Positions 51,949-64,000 of a DNA stretch of 64,000 nt are shown here, piece by piece. Position numbers and translations under genes: made by a program. Position 1 is the first letter of the stretch. The number at the start of each line of letters is the position of its first letter. Source of the DNA: Girardia tigrina (lineage: Eukaryota); assembly GCA_001938485.1 (NCBI GenBank), contig MQRK01212312.1, positions 1-64,000 of the forward strand, in the 5' to 3' direction. The notes beneath the pieces were generated by a model. It was not told the origin of the DNA, searched no databases, and saw nothing but the letters and a program-made list of their open reading frames with translations.

Positions 51949-54900
51949 CAGTGCGTTCAAAAAGTCTGTTCGCACCCATAAAAATCATCACTTATACAAA
52001 TGTCCTAAGTAAAAAGACGATGAAGTGGAAGTAAATATTATATTTACAAATAAAAATGTTATTTTTAATATTTTGTGTGGTATCCTTTCATCTTGATGAT
52101 TGAAGACACTCTTCGCGGCATCGAATCGACAAGTCGGCGATATAAAGAACTTAATATGTTGTACCATAACTTTTGTATTTCTATCCACATTTTTTCTGAA
52201 TTCAAAGTATCCATATTATTTATTTTTCTCTTTATAATACCCAACAAATTCTCAATTGGATTTACATCTGGTGAGTTGGCAGGCCAATCAAGAATATTTA
52301 TCTTCTTTGTTTTCAAAAAAGACACTGTTGATGCTGATCAATGGCAAGGCGCATTGTCTTGCTGAAATATAAAATTTAGAAGAGGGAATACCAAGCATTG
52401 CCCTGTAATGTCTATGTTATTGACAATTAGGTCTTGATAGTTCTTCGAATTTAAATTCCCGTTTATCCGTTTTAAGATACCAACACCAAATCTGGAGAAA
52501 GATCTCCATACATGAACTTGGGCACCGTGTTGGAGGACCTTCTTAGTACAAATGTCACTAAGCCTTTCATTGTCAAACCTTTTAACGATTTCGCTACGAG
52601 TGTGGCTATACGTGCGGAACATAGATTCATCGCTAAAAACTACATTCGACCACTTATCAATGTCCCAATTTTGTTTATCCCGAGTCCATTCAACTCTTCT
52701 TTTTCGTTGCTTTCCATTCAATAAAGGCTTGCAAACAGCATAATGACTTTTTTAAGCCGTACTTTATCAAAATTCTATTCACTATACTTCGTGATACATT
52801 TTTTTTCAGTGAGCAAAAGTGCCCGGTTTTTACAAAAATAAATTCGCCGCATACATCAACCCAAAGGAATCATCAGCACCGGCCCTGGATTCCACAGGGG
52901 TTCTTTCGCTAATGGCCTCCTCCCGCACCCTTCAATTGGGTGATCGTTTCCGCCGGACCCGACACTTCGCTTATTGCACTAGTAACTCATCATTGGAGGT
53001 GGGTTCCTCCTCCCATGATGAGTTATTTACATCTTCTGATGAATCTCCAATCCTAGATCTAAAAAGTCTTGGGAGTAATTCATCATCGGATGAGTCATCT
53101 TGAGTTTGATCCTCAATCAGAAAAGTTCCCCCATGTTGCACTCTTTCTCTATGACTGAAAGATTGTATGAGTGCATCCAGGGCGGCTGGATCAAAGTCTT
53201 CGACGTCCTCAGGGACAATATGTGCGTAATCGGCTTCTTCCATCATTAACATGCTGTCTTGAGGTCCGTCGTAGCATTCCACATTTATTTTGCTGACTCT
53301 TTGTATCCCGCTTGGGACTATTCCATCCCATTGATAAGACCATTGTGCGGCTGAATACTTGATGTTGGATATTGAGCATCCAATCGCAATTTTTCTTATC
53401 ACCTTCTGCGGGATCTTCAGCGTTGTTAAGATATCCGTGCTCCTCTTTGGCCACGTCCCAAGGCATCCTACTTGGAGAGTAAACACTGTCACTGTTGTTT
53501 CGGGCATTGCCGCCTTACAAGCATTGGCAAGAATCTCATAATGGTCGAGATTCTTTTCATTGCTGTGTTTGATGTTTTTCACTGTGTCAAATGGGCACTT
53601 AACATCAATTAGGTATAGGATCTTTGATCGTGGGACGAATACCTGTAAGTCGACTCGGTCCTGTGATGGGGCATATTGGCACTCAGTATTTATATCTACC
53701 TTGCAATCCAAATACTGAGTGATTTGCTCTCCAATACACTACAGGACCGAGTTATGCCTATAGTTTCTGAAATCCCCACTATAATTACAGTCGGTCAGCA
53801 CGTGAGCCAATGTTTCTTTATCGTGAGGGCATCGGCGACAATGACCTCCATTCTTGGTGATTCCTGGTCGGAAGTTGACTGGCACCGTGTATGTAAATGC
53901 TTTGTGGTAAAAATACCACTCAGCATAGTTGAGCTCCCCCCCATAGGCAGCGCTGTGAAAGCTAATCGTCGATTGCAGGCTTCTTGAAAATCGACCAGCA
54001 CTGTTTTGGACATTCCATTTGTGCGTCCAAGATTTTTTCACTAGTCTTCTTAGTGTCTTGGACACACTGGATTTTAGGAGGGGGGTGAGGAGTATGTTTT
54101 CATGCGTGTCGTCCCGGAAAGTTTCATATTCACCATTGGGTAGTCTCCTCTTCCACACCAGTGATTGGTGAAGGTGTAGACAAATGCCTCTCTCATTCTG
54201 CACCAGACTAGCTGAGATCTGGTGCAGTTCTTTGATTTTGTGGATGGCAAATTTGATCTNNNNNNNNNNNNNNNNNNNNNNNNNNNNNNNNNNNNNNNNN
54301 NNNNNNNNNNNNNNNNNNNNNNNNNNNNNNNNNNNNNNNNNNNNNNNNNNNNNNNTCGCTCCACGTTGAAGGGAGAAGACTGCAGCATCCATCGTTGTCG
54401 CATCACTACACGCAATCATTTGGAAACTATGGGCCAGTGATTGTATCAGGTACTCATCAAGTAGCGATTTGATACCGACTCCCCCATTTTCCCTTGGCGT
54501 GTAGAGATACGCATTCGATGCGTTTTTCTGCAGTCCCAACACTTTGTGGTAAAAATACCACTCAGCATAGTTGAGCTCCCCTCCATAGGCAGCGCTGTGA
54601 AAGCTAATCGTCGATTGCAGGCTTCTTGAAAATCGACCAGCACTGTTTTGGACATTCCATTTGTGCGTCCAAGATTTTTTCACTAGTCTTCTTAGTCTTC
54701 ATCCAGTGTTCCATATGGAATGTAGAAGATCCTGAATGAGAAAACAAGTTTGGAATGTAGATAGACCATGTAAGCGTGCAATTTCTGCCAGGGAAACAGT
54801 ATAGATTCTGTAATCTTAATTGTTTCNNNNNNNNNNNNNNNNNNNNNNNNTACTGGTGCTAACTTAATATTTTCTGAAAAGTGACCTCCCAAATATACAA

Positions 54901-56045
54901 CGAATTCACCCTCCGTAATTTCGGGGATAGCGTTTCCATAGATTTGGATCCTATTGTTTGGATTATGTGGGATAGCTATTCGTGAACATTTGGAAGGTCT
55001 GAATTTAATACCTAAAATGTTGGTAATGTCGACCGCCTTATTGACCATTTTTTGCATATGATCCTGATTATCAGCCAGCAACACAAGGTCATCAGCATAG
55101 GCCAAGCAGCTCACACGGTGATTGGCTATCAACATACCGCCATAAGACTGTTGGTCCAATTCCAATAGGACAGGGTTTATAGCAATGTTGAATAGCAGCA
55201 TTGATAGTGGGCATCCTTGAGTGACTCCCACCAAAATCGGAATTTGTTTGGTCACCGTGTTGTCGCATTTGTATGCCGATGAGCAGTCCCTGTATAGCTG
55301 TCGTATCAGGTCACACGAGTCTGCTCCTACACCCATTCTTCCTAGCAATTTAAGGATGATTTCCACCGACACTGAGCCAAATGCGTCAGCATTGTCTAGC
55401 ATTGTCGCGTGGAATTCGGCTCCTTTTAATTGATAGTAATATTTATCTAGGATGACCCGGATGACAAAGTTGTGTTCAGCACAGCCATCATGAGGACCTA
55501 GACTTTTCTGGAGTGGGTGTAAGAGGTCATTTTCCACAATCCACTTGTTTAGTTGGTCTCTTAAAAGTATAGCCAGCTGCATTGAAAGCTCCTGTTATTT
55601 TATTTATCGACATGCGCCTATTTTTCAAGCATATACGGCGAATAATTCTTTCAGAATGTTTTGGTAATTTTGAAGGTCGTCCACTACGTTTTTTATCTTC
55701 ATATGTACCTAATGTCTTGAACTTATGTACATTTTTTTGAATGCCACGCTTTGAAACAATAATACCATGTCTAACCTTCATAATTTCTTGTATCCGACCC
55801 GTTGAATGACCCTCGTTCATTAATTCTACAATAATAATCCTAACCCTTATATGTATATTTCGAGTTGTCATTGAATCTAAAAGATAAACATTTAATTAAT
55901 TCATCTTAAAATAAGATGTTCTTGATATTTCAATTTTAAATTTACTAAAATTATTTAAATTAAAGCATTTAAACAAATTAAAAAAATTAATAAATAGCAT
56001 AAATCAAAATTTCAATGGGTGCGAACAGACTTTTGAAACGCACTG
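51949..56045 (-). mobile_element. Tc1 (DD34E-type) transposon interrupted by a non-LTR retrotransposon
   Basis: 31-bp TIRs CAGTGCGTT..AAAGTCTGTTCGCACCCAT with TA TSD. The transposase N-terminus (55871-55581, RSGRPSKL) resumes at ~52819 with VFSDES, FQQDNAPCH and WPANSPDVNPIENL. Confidence 0.95.
52823..55580 (-). mobile_element. 5'-truncated non-LTR retrotransposon with restriction-like endonuclease (R2 group, NeSL/R4-like)
   Basis: RT motifs LDNADAFGSV, GVTQGCPLS, LAYADDLV, YLG and PRENGGVGI; zinc knuckle CRRC..ETLAHVLTDC; RHNSV; RLE motif RVDL...LIDVKCP. Confidence 0.92.
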
Positions 56046-56466
56046 TAACTAAAATTTGATTTATTAAAGTGTATCTTTATCTCTAAAAAATCAGAGCACC
56101 ACACCATCTACATGACTTTTCAAGTTTTCTAAAACCTTTTTAATCTTTTGAGTACAAAAATATAGATTTATTGATGTTTCGGAATTCCAAAATTAAAATC
56201 TTAATTTATAATTGTGTATTCTTATTTATATTTCAATGTTCTTCTTTCTTATCCTGAAGACAGTCTTTCGATTCAGATTCAAATCGTTAATTGTTATTCG
56301 AAATCTTTAAAGACTCACTTCGTTTTTATTTTATCTAAGAATGGTTAGAAACTTAAGAAATTTTATTTATAACATAATTTATTCTTATTTCAATTCACCA
56401 GTGTAATTCACAATATTCAAAGAAACACAGTTTTTAATTTAACACTTAATTTATATTTCCCTGTGC

Positions 56467-58270
56467 TCAAGACGCACAAACACATTGAGACTTTTGTGCT
56501 TTGACGTGGTCGCAACATTTGAAATCATCAAATCGAGCTGGTCTTTTAATAATTCTATGAGGACTTTCTTCGGGAATTACATTTAAGTGTTTTTCTGCTC
56601 CATCTGGTTCTGTTTCACCGAGTCTTATCCCACCGACCGTAACTACTTGCGAAACATACGTAATCTCGTTTCCGTCCTGCTGCGGCCGGACCTGGGCCAT
56701 TTTTGGGTGCCCCACCGCTCGTGACTAATTTGAGCATTCTATTTACTTCCACTCGATAAATGGATGGAACTTCGATTATTGTTTCATGCCTCTATTGTTA
56801 CATGCAAGTATATGGAAATTGGTTTTACAAAAACCTGGTCCCTGACTATTAGCTCCTCGCCGACTATAGAATCCTGATTTGATATTCAATGCCGCGTTTC
56901 CGATGTATCAATGCAAATCTTTGGGCAATAACAATCTTCACTTCTGAGGGAAAACTGTTGATTCCGGGATTACTTCGACTGCGTTTAGTGAAGCAGTATA
57001 ATAGGTAACCATTTTACCCACTTTCAGATCTCTCAGAGCTTTCAGAATTCGGTAACTGTGCTTTATGATGCCGTTGCCGCTTGGGCGTTTAACTCCTAGA
57101 TGGTGGAGTTATTTATTAGTTATTTATTTATTTTAGACCGTCAACGGATTCACTCTGGTCCTCTACTGCTACTGTCACTGCCACAATTTGCAGTTTTGCT
57201 GTCAGCATTAATCTTTGGCGCATACCTAAACTGATATTGAGATAGCTTCACACCCCACCCCTTCCTTTTCAACTTTTGGTATTTCCAAGATGACATGAAC
57301 CTGATCCTCTTTTTTAACTCCCTCGACCAATTGCTGTGCTATTGCAAGTACATGCAGTACCACTTCGGTATCCAAACTTCCATCATCCGTGATTTGTTTG
57401 ATCACACTACATGCCGGCCGCAACCATTTGCAAACTGGATAGTGGCCTATCAAACGACTGGTCCATTAAAATAGATTCCAGTTGGTTATACAGTCTGAAG
57501 TTTTGGGATACTGTCATCATGATGGCATAATAAAATCCAATTTGCAGATTCTTTCATCGCTAGGTAGAAAATAGAGTCACCGTCAAGTGACACCAGGGAT
57601 TTTCCATCCAGAACCAAGCCATAAATCAATCTACTTGCGCCTTGGCGGTATGTAATACCCGTCTGAATTAGCATGAACTACTGGATCCGGTTCCAGTACA
57701 TGCTGCAGTACTCTCTACATGACGTTTGGCGTGACACTCAACCCTAATCTTAGCCGTGTTAAATATCAGGACCATACCTAATGATGCACTGCCCGATAAA
57801 ACCATAGTGATTGATCCACTTTGATTAGCAAGTATGCTAGTTGCAAATCGTTAATTACTAACTTACGCCAACCTCTGAGTTTTTGCACACACTAGACTTC
57901 CTGCACTCTGAATCTCAATAGTATCGTTAATTTTCTGATATCTAAACACTGATTGGACATTTTCTTTTGCCTATTGTACAACTGCCCTAAGGGACTACTT
58001 ATGCTACAGCAGGCCTTCCCACTCTACTAGGTACTCCCTTATCTTCCATTTCTACAACTCCGCCTCCAATTCAGCCGCGTGATTTTAGCTGATGCATGTT
58101 CTGTCATACTGTTGGGCACGGGTATGTTGACCACATTTCGAAGAATCGTATACTGTGATTGAGAACCAGTAAGAATATCCGAAATGGACTATATGTTCTA
58201 GCCAAATAATGTCTCCACATTGTTTCTTCGATCTCAAGCAGGCTTTCATTTCTAATATTCTCGTATCATC
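56467..58270 (-). mobile_element. Highly degraded Gypsy-type LTR retrotransposon
   Basis: Remnants TRLRLGLSVTPNVM..VLQHVL (RT, ~57700-57760), GHYPVCKWLRPACS and integrase tail RIIKRPARFDDF. Boundaries are approximate. Confidence 0.6.
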
Positions 58271-61200
58271 CTGCAGTACAAAGAATGACTTTTAAAATAA
58301 AGACAAGAATAAAATATTTGAAAAAGTCGTCATTCAAAAACCTCATTCAATATTTTTACGCTTTTCTATCTCCCTTAATATACGGTAACATTTTATTTGG
58401 GAGGCAATTTATATGGAAGGTAGATCATAAAATCGGGTAGGTTAAACTGTAGTGTTAGTGAAATGTTATGCACAGTAAATCTACTTTAAAATAGAAATAT
58501 AACAAGTGGAGGGAAAGATTTTAAGGTGAGGGGAAATTTTATGCATAAAATTATGTTGCTGGAGGGAAATGTTTTAAAATATCTCGTGACATGGGAGTAA
58601 ATATTTTAAAAAAATTCATGGATGGAGGGAAATTTTATGCCACACCGGTATTTGATTGAGAGAGAGTGTTCTTTGCTACCGAAATATGAAGAGAGAGAAA
58701 TTGGCTGGAGAGATTGGCTAGCTAATCAGAGCAAGTAGTTTGCCAGAGTGAAAATTAATTTTTTATTATTACGAAATTTCACAGTTTACGATTTTTTTGT
58801 ATGAATTTAAACCTTTTATAAATTGAATTAATTTTGAATTTTATCATTGCAATTGTTTGCTGTTTATGATCGAAAATTTTAATTTTCTAATTTCGATTGC
58901 GATTTAGTGATTTGTGTTCTGGTTGTTGAATCAATTTTATTGTCGATTGAACAATTGAACCTTTTTTATTAGCACGATTTAATTTGAGGCAAATTATTAT
59001 TCTCTATTGAACTTTGAAGTCTATTGTTACGATTAAAAGATTATTTTCAAAGACTGAAATTTTTATATCTTTAATGAACTCTCTAAACTACAATACAAAA
59101 TGGCACCAACACAACGAGTTCCAGCTCCATTACTTTATACGTACCTCTGCTATCTCCGTTCGGTCTTCGGGGCAACCTTAGAATCGGACTGAATAATTGT
59201 AATAGTTAATTAACATATTAGAGTTATTTTCTTATTACTTTTTCAACTGAATATCTACCAACAAAAGAAAAACATCAAAAAGAAGAAATATTAACTAAAC
59301 TAACTCAAACAATTTGTAATGAAAATTTGTGGATTGAAAGTAGCTCAGACATTCATTCATTCAGACAGGGTCCACAGAAGGAAAACACAAATCACTTGAA
59401 TCATATCGTAAGTCCAAAATTATAGTCTATATAAATGTCAAAACTGTTTTAAAAACACTTTAAGAGACAAAAGTTTGTTAAAATATATGTTGTTTTGCAA
59501 CGGTTTAAGAAATATATATTCCCCGTGGAATTATAAAGTGATTTTACCAGCAATTGCCGATCGAATTGTTCAATAAATGTTAGAAGTGTTTCTCATAATT
59601 TTAATAATGAAGAAGTTAGGTCTTTGCAAATCTTAAACAAGAAAGAGTGTACAATAGCGGTGTTCTCAAAATTTTATATTTACTGAAGTTTCAAAGAATA
59701 CAAAGTCGATGGGGTAAATTATAAATGGGTAATCACAATTTATTTGTAATATTAGACCCAGCTATACACTGGCATCTTATCAAGTACTATTAATCTATCT
59801 ATATTTATCTATTTGTAGAAAGTCGCAGGCTCGACGAAAGGGCGGCAGAGTCGAAGAAGCTTCTGTCAGAGAAAATAATAAAAACCGTTGATACTATCTA
59901 TATTTTGTTAAGTAAATTAATTACACATTCGTTATTATATTCAAATTATAAATTAATTACATTAATTATATTTTTTTTTAATTTTGTTGCAAATTGAAAT
60001 TGGGAGGAGGGAATTTTATATTTATTGTACTAAAATTTAAAAAATAAATAAAACAATTAATCGGATATTTTCTTTCAATTATATATAGAATGGAAGTGTT
60101 GGAAGTAAACGATGGATTTATAGTAAATTATAAAATTATTAATAGTTTTATAATTTTTTTAATGAAAATTATAAAACTATTAACTTGTAACTAACATGTA
60201 AATAAGTTAAAGGAAAAAAGAGAAAAACATAATTAAAAAGCAGTGAAAGTAGTGACCGAAATCTTTTTTGAGTCTGCTCGAGTTTTTATTTTCTTAGAAT
60301 TTATTTTTATAAAATTCTGAGTGAAATTGATATATTTTATTTATTTTTTATGAAAATAGAATTATATATTCAGAAACTTCCGCTGAGTCTTATGATTTTA
60401 TTCTTGTAAACAACATCCATCAATATATAAATTGATATTCTTTATTTTATTTTTCCTTTACGTTTTCCTTTGGTTTTTAATTACTTTTTCAATTACTATT
60501 TGTATTTTAATTTATTTTTTTTATTACACAGAATAAAATTACTTGAGATTTACATCTAAGTTTTAATACCAAATGAAGGGGACGGAAAAACTGAAATATA
60601 AAATTCAATACTTCATAAATAAATTATTTATTCAAAGCAAAATGTTTTTAAAATTTTATAAATCAAATTTTATGTTTAATAATCAATTTATTTCTGACTT
60701 TTTGTTTTCAAAATAATGAATTAATAAAAAACATTAAAGAAATCGTTTATTAACTCATCAGTACAAATCCATAGGTCATAATTTGTCTTCAAGACTGGTT
60801 CGTTCATTGAAAGATCAAACTTCTTTAGATAATATAATTTCAAAAGAAAATAGTGATCACAGAGCAACAGGTTGAGCGTGATAGCCACCCCCAGAGCTCA
60901 TCGGTTTCCATTTACCGAACTTTTTATAACCTGCAGATTCAGTTTTGACAAGTTCCCGAGATAATCGAATCAGCACCCTCCGATCTAATCAGCTTCCAAA
61001 TTGCGAAACGTGACGTACCACAATCGATGATACTCAAATACTTCATCGGATTATATTTCGTAACATCTATAGCTAATCTCGTTCAAATTTCACTTACATT
61101 CAGCGTTCCCTCTTTTCATTTTATCGAAGTTGGGTCAATCGATTGACATTATTGGCATTTAGAAATTAAATTTTTAAGATCCGTATTTGATTTGGGCTTG

Positions 61201-62298
61201 CCTTGATTAACTATTCTGAATGGCGATGGCGGAATCCAAAATGAATTGTCAAGAATAATTTCGACAGCAAGTAAGTTAAATAAATAATTAATTGTTATAT
61301 ATTAATTTGTTATCGATTAATGGATCGTTTTAAATTTATTTTTATTTCCTAACGACCAAGTCGTTGTTATGAAATTTTATGATTAAAATAATAAATAATA
61401 CATAATATAATACATAATATACCATTTGCATTTCAATTTAATTTTTGAATTTCAATTTTTATGCATTTCAATTTCAATTTTTTGCAAATCAAATTAAATT
61501 TTCAGTCAAAATAAGACACACCCAAACAAAATAAAAAAAACAATTAATGCTGTATAGCATTTTTTATTAATGTTTATTTTTTTCTTAAATCGGATTAAAT
61601 TTCAATCAACATAAATACACATAAGAACACTAACAAAAACAACGAGAAACATTTAATGATGTATATATTCGAGACCTGCTGCACTATTTGTCATGTTGTA
61701 AACAATATAAGAAAAATATCCTGAACAATCTGTATATTATCGCGTATATCTGTATACATCGCGCATATTCTCCTCTTTCGAAAGGCACAGCACCAACTTC
61801 AGCACAACACGTGCAATTCTTTGGATCAAGTTCGATAATTTCATTACAATTGTTGGGTATTTAGTTCGAATTGAATCTGAACACAAAGATCAGAAGGATT
61901 TTTATTGGGTGTTCGACGCTCAATTAACTGACCCAACGTTTATTCACGATGAACTCTTGACTCCAGTAAATAACAAAACTTCTTCAATAAATCTTTATTT
62001 CAAATTACAATTACAATCTTGCACAAGGGTTTATACAACTTGAGTAATTGGAGGCGAGAATATTAAACGCTATACAGCATAAGTTTATTCTAAAATTCCT
62101 ATACAGGAAATAATTCGTGCTTGGATTTTTTCAAAATTTTCAGTTTTATTTCTTCCTCTTCTTCCTCTTAGATAAATAAAAAATATCGCTCTATTTATAC
62201 TAGAGCTACCTATATAAAATATAACATAATATAAAAAAAAAATATATATATTAAATAAAAATTATTTTTATTTTTTGAAATCATTTTTTTAATAGATC

Positions 62299-62550
62299 GG
62301 GCAAAAGCCCATTAATCTTTTTGCCAGCTGACGTTAATGGGAGACCAATGCCCATTAACGTCAGATTAATTGGCAACAGCAGGGGATTAATCCCCGAAAA
62401 TTGTCAACGGGCTAAAAGCCCCAGTTTTTCATTTTTATTTTTGATTTTTGATTTTTTAAAAAAAAGTAAGAATATGCCCGACTCCGGGAATGTCCGGAGG
62501 AATGGAGCATTGATTATGCTCCATTCCCGAGGATACCCCAGGAGTGGGTA
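62299..62550. repeat. GC-rich cluster of hairpins and palindromes
   Basis: Seven inverted repeats in 250 bp, including perfect 14-bp and 12-bp stems. Confidence 0.8.
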
Positions 62551-63323
62551 AATCATCATTTTTTTTTTATTTTTATTATTATATTTAAATAAAATTGTAA
62601 CCCCAACACAATGATCAAGAGCGACTGAAAAACTCTTCTACTTTTCGACTGCATAATTTCGACCAACATTGATATAATTCCTCTCCGTGAAATTCGCCAT
62701 GCAAAACATGAATCAAATAAAAAAAACTCTCCGCGCCAAATTTTTATTATTTGCAACATAAATTTCACAAATCAAATTCTCCCAAAATTTTACAAACAAA
62801 TTAATCTATTTATACAAATTTTTTAAATTGTTATCACGTACACAAATTTCATAAAAAAATTCTTAATTGATATTTTTCTCATTTTTTGTGCTATTTGGCA
62901 TTTTTTTAAATTTCTAATTTTCTTCATATTTAATTAATTTTTTTCCACTTGTTTTAATAATTTAAATTTTTGCTTTTTTTAAATAATTCCAAAGAATTTC
63001 TGATATAGAAAAGTTTGCGATAAAGACGCAATGTACAACGACGAAATAAGACAAGAAGTTACAACAATGTTACTAATATGAATCATGACAAATAATTCAT
63101 AAATGTTTCCAATCATGAATATTGTAATAAAATTTCATCTTTGGTTCTTTCAAATTGATTCTTGAATGTTCCCTTTTCGTTTTTAATTCTCTTTTTTTTC
63201 GCCAGTACATCATTTGACACAATTATCCAAATTTCTTTCCAATGATTTTTGATTTATCTCGTTGGTGATTTTGAATATCATTCCTGATTGTCATTCTTCC
63301 TCAATTTTGTTTCACGATTTTTT

Positions 63324-64000
63324 TTATTTTTTTGGTTTGACTACGATATCGGCCCCCATGTGAATCGAAGAAGTAGGATGACAAAAAATAAAAGGAATAT
63401 CCAAAATCATTGTTATTGCTGCAAGACAATTTCGACTGTAAACCTTAGCATTATTAAGAATAAATGTTGCATATGGCACTCTTTCAATATCTCTTAAATG
63501 TGTACAAAGCTCTCGAAAATAAATTTCAAACACATTTGAGTTGACAGTCGAACTAGTTATGACTTTTCAATAAGTCATTTTTCTATTGCATATACTTGCA
63601 ATTAGCACTGCTAATCTGCCCTTGACTGTCGGAATTATGACGCGTGTTCGGTTCCCTTTCTAGATCTTGCGTGTGATCTTCGGGTTTGAACATTAAACGA
63701 TGATTCATAAATAAAATATAATTTTTCGTAATTTCCCATAAAATGATTGTTAAACCATATTGTATACTCTTTTCTTTTCTCTACTGAGGCAGGGATATTA
63801 ACTCTGTCTAGCTCTCGATGAGCCATTTTTGTTGTAATCTTTAAGGCTCGTTGGTAATTATTGACAACGATAAAGATACTCCAAGATCTTCTTGAACTCT
63901 GCACTTTAAATTTTTTAAGGTTGCCTGGGAATTTTCGCAAATAAGAGTTTCCATAAAATTTAAAATTTCGGGAATGCATTTTGTGTTTCTACACCCACCC
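63324..64000 (-). mobile_element. Degenerate IS630/Tc1-superfamily transposase remnant
   Basis: LYFI(D>Y)ESSFN...ARSRKG and FIL(D>N)NAKV correspond to the first two catalytic motifs. Runs off the window edge. Confidence 0.7.

Overview
This is very AT-rich, transposon-dense animal DNA. The repeat mix suggests a flatworm or planarian, but that is inference only. One intact host gene is present: a 3-exon NK1/Nkx1 (slouch-type) homeobox gene on the minus strand (CDS 41488-41398, 40732-40506, 23269-22856; 243 aa), which the ORF track misses. The rest is mostly mobile DNA: two mariner copies, a Tc1 element interrupted by an RLE-type non-LTR retrotransposon, a hAT relic, several Gypsy relics and solo LTRs (some ending TG...TA), Penelope fragments with hammerhead motifs, and a degenerate HDV-like ribozyme. 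The most striking object is an 8.07-kb element (43271-51340) about 1.8 kb upstream of the Nkx1 start codon. It has ~0.9-1.1-kb terminal inverted repeats and an 8-bp target duplication. It encodes a decayed protein-primed DNA polymerase B, a TATA-binding-protein-like ORF and an AT-hook-like ORF, with no recognisable integrase, capsid, ATPase or maturation protease. Its TIRs carry a 21-bp-periodic array of RFX X-box palindromes. All assignments come from manual motif recognition; no searches were run.
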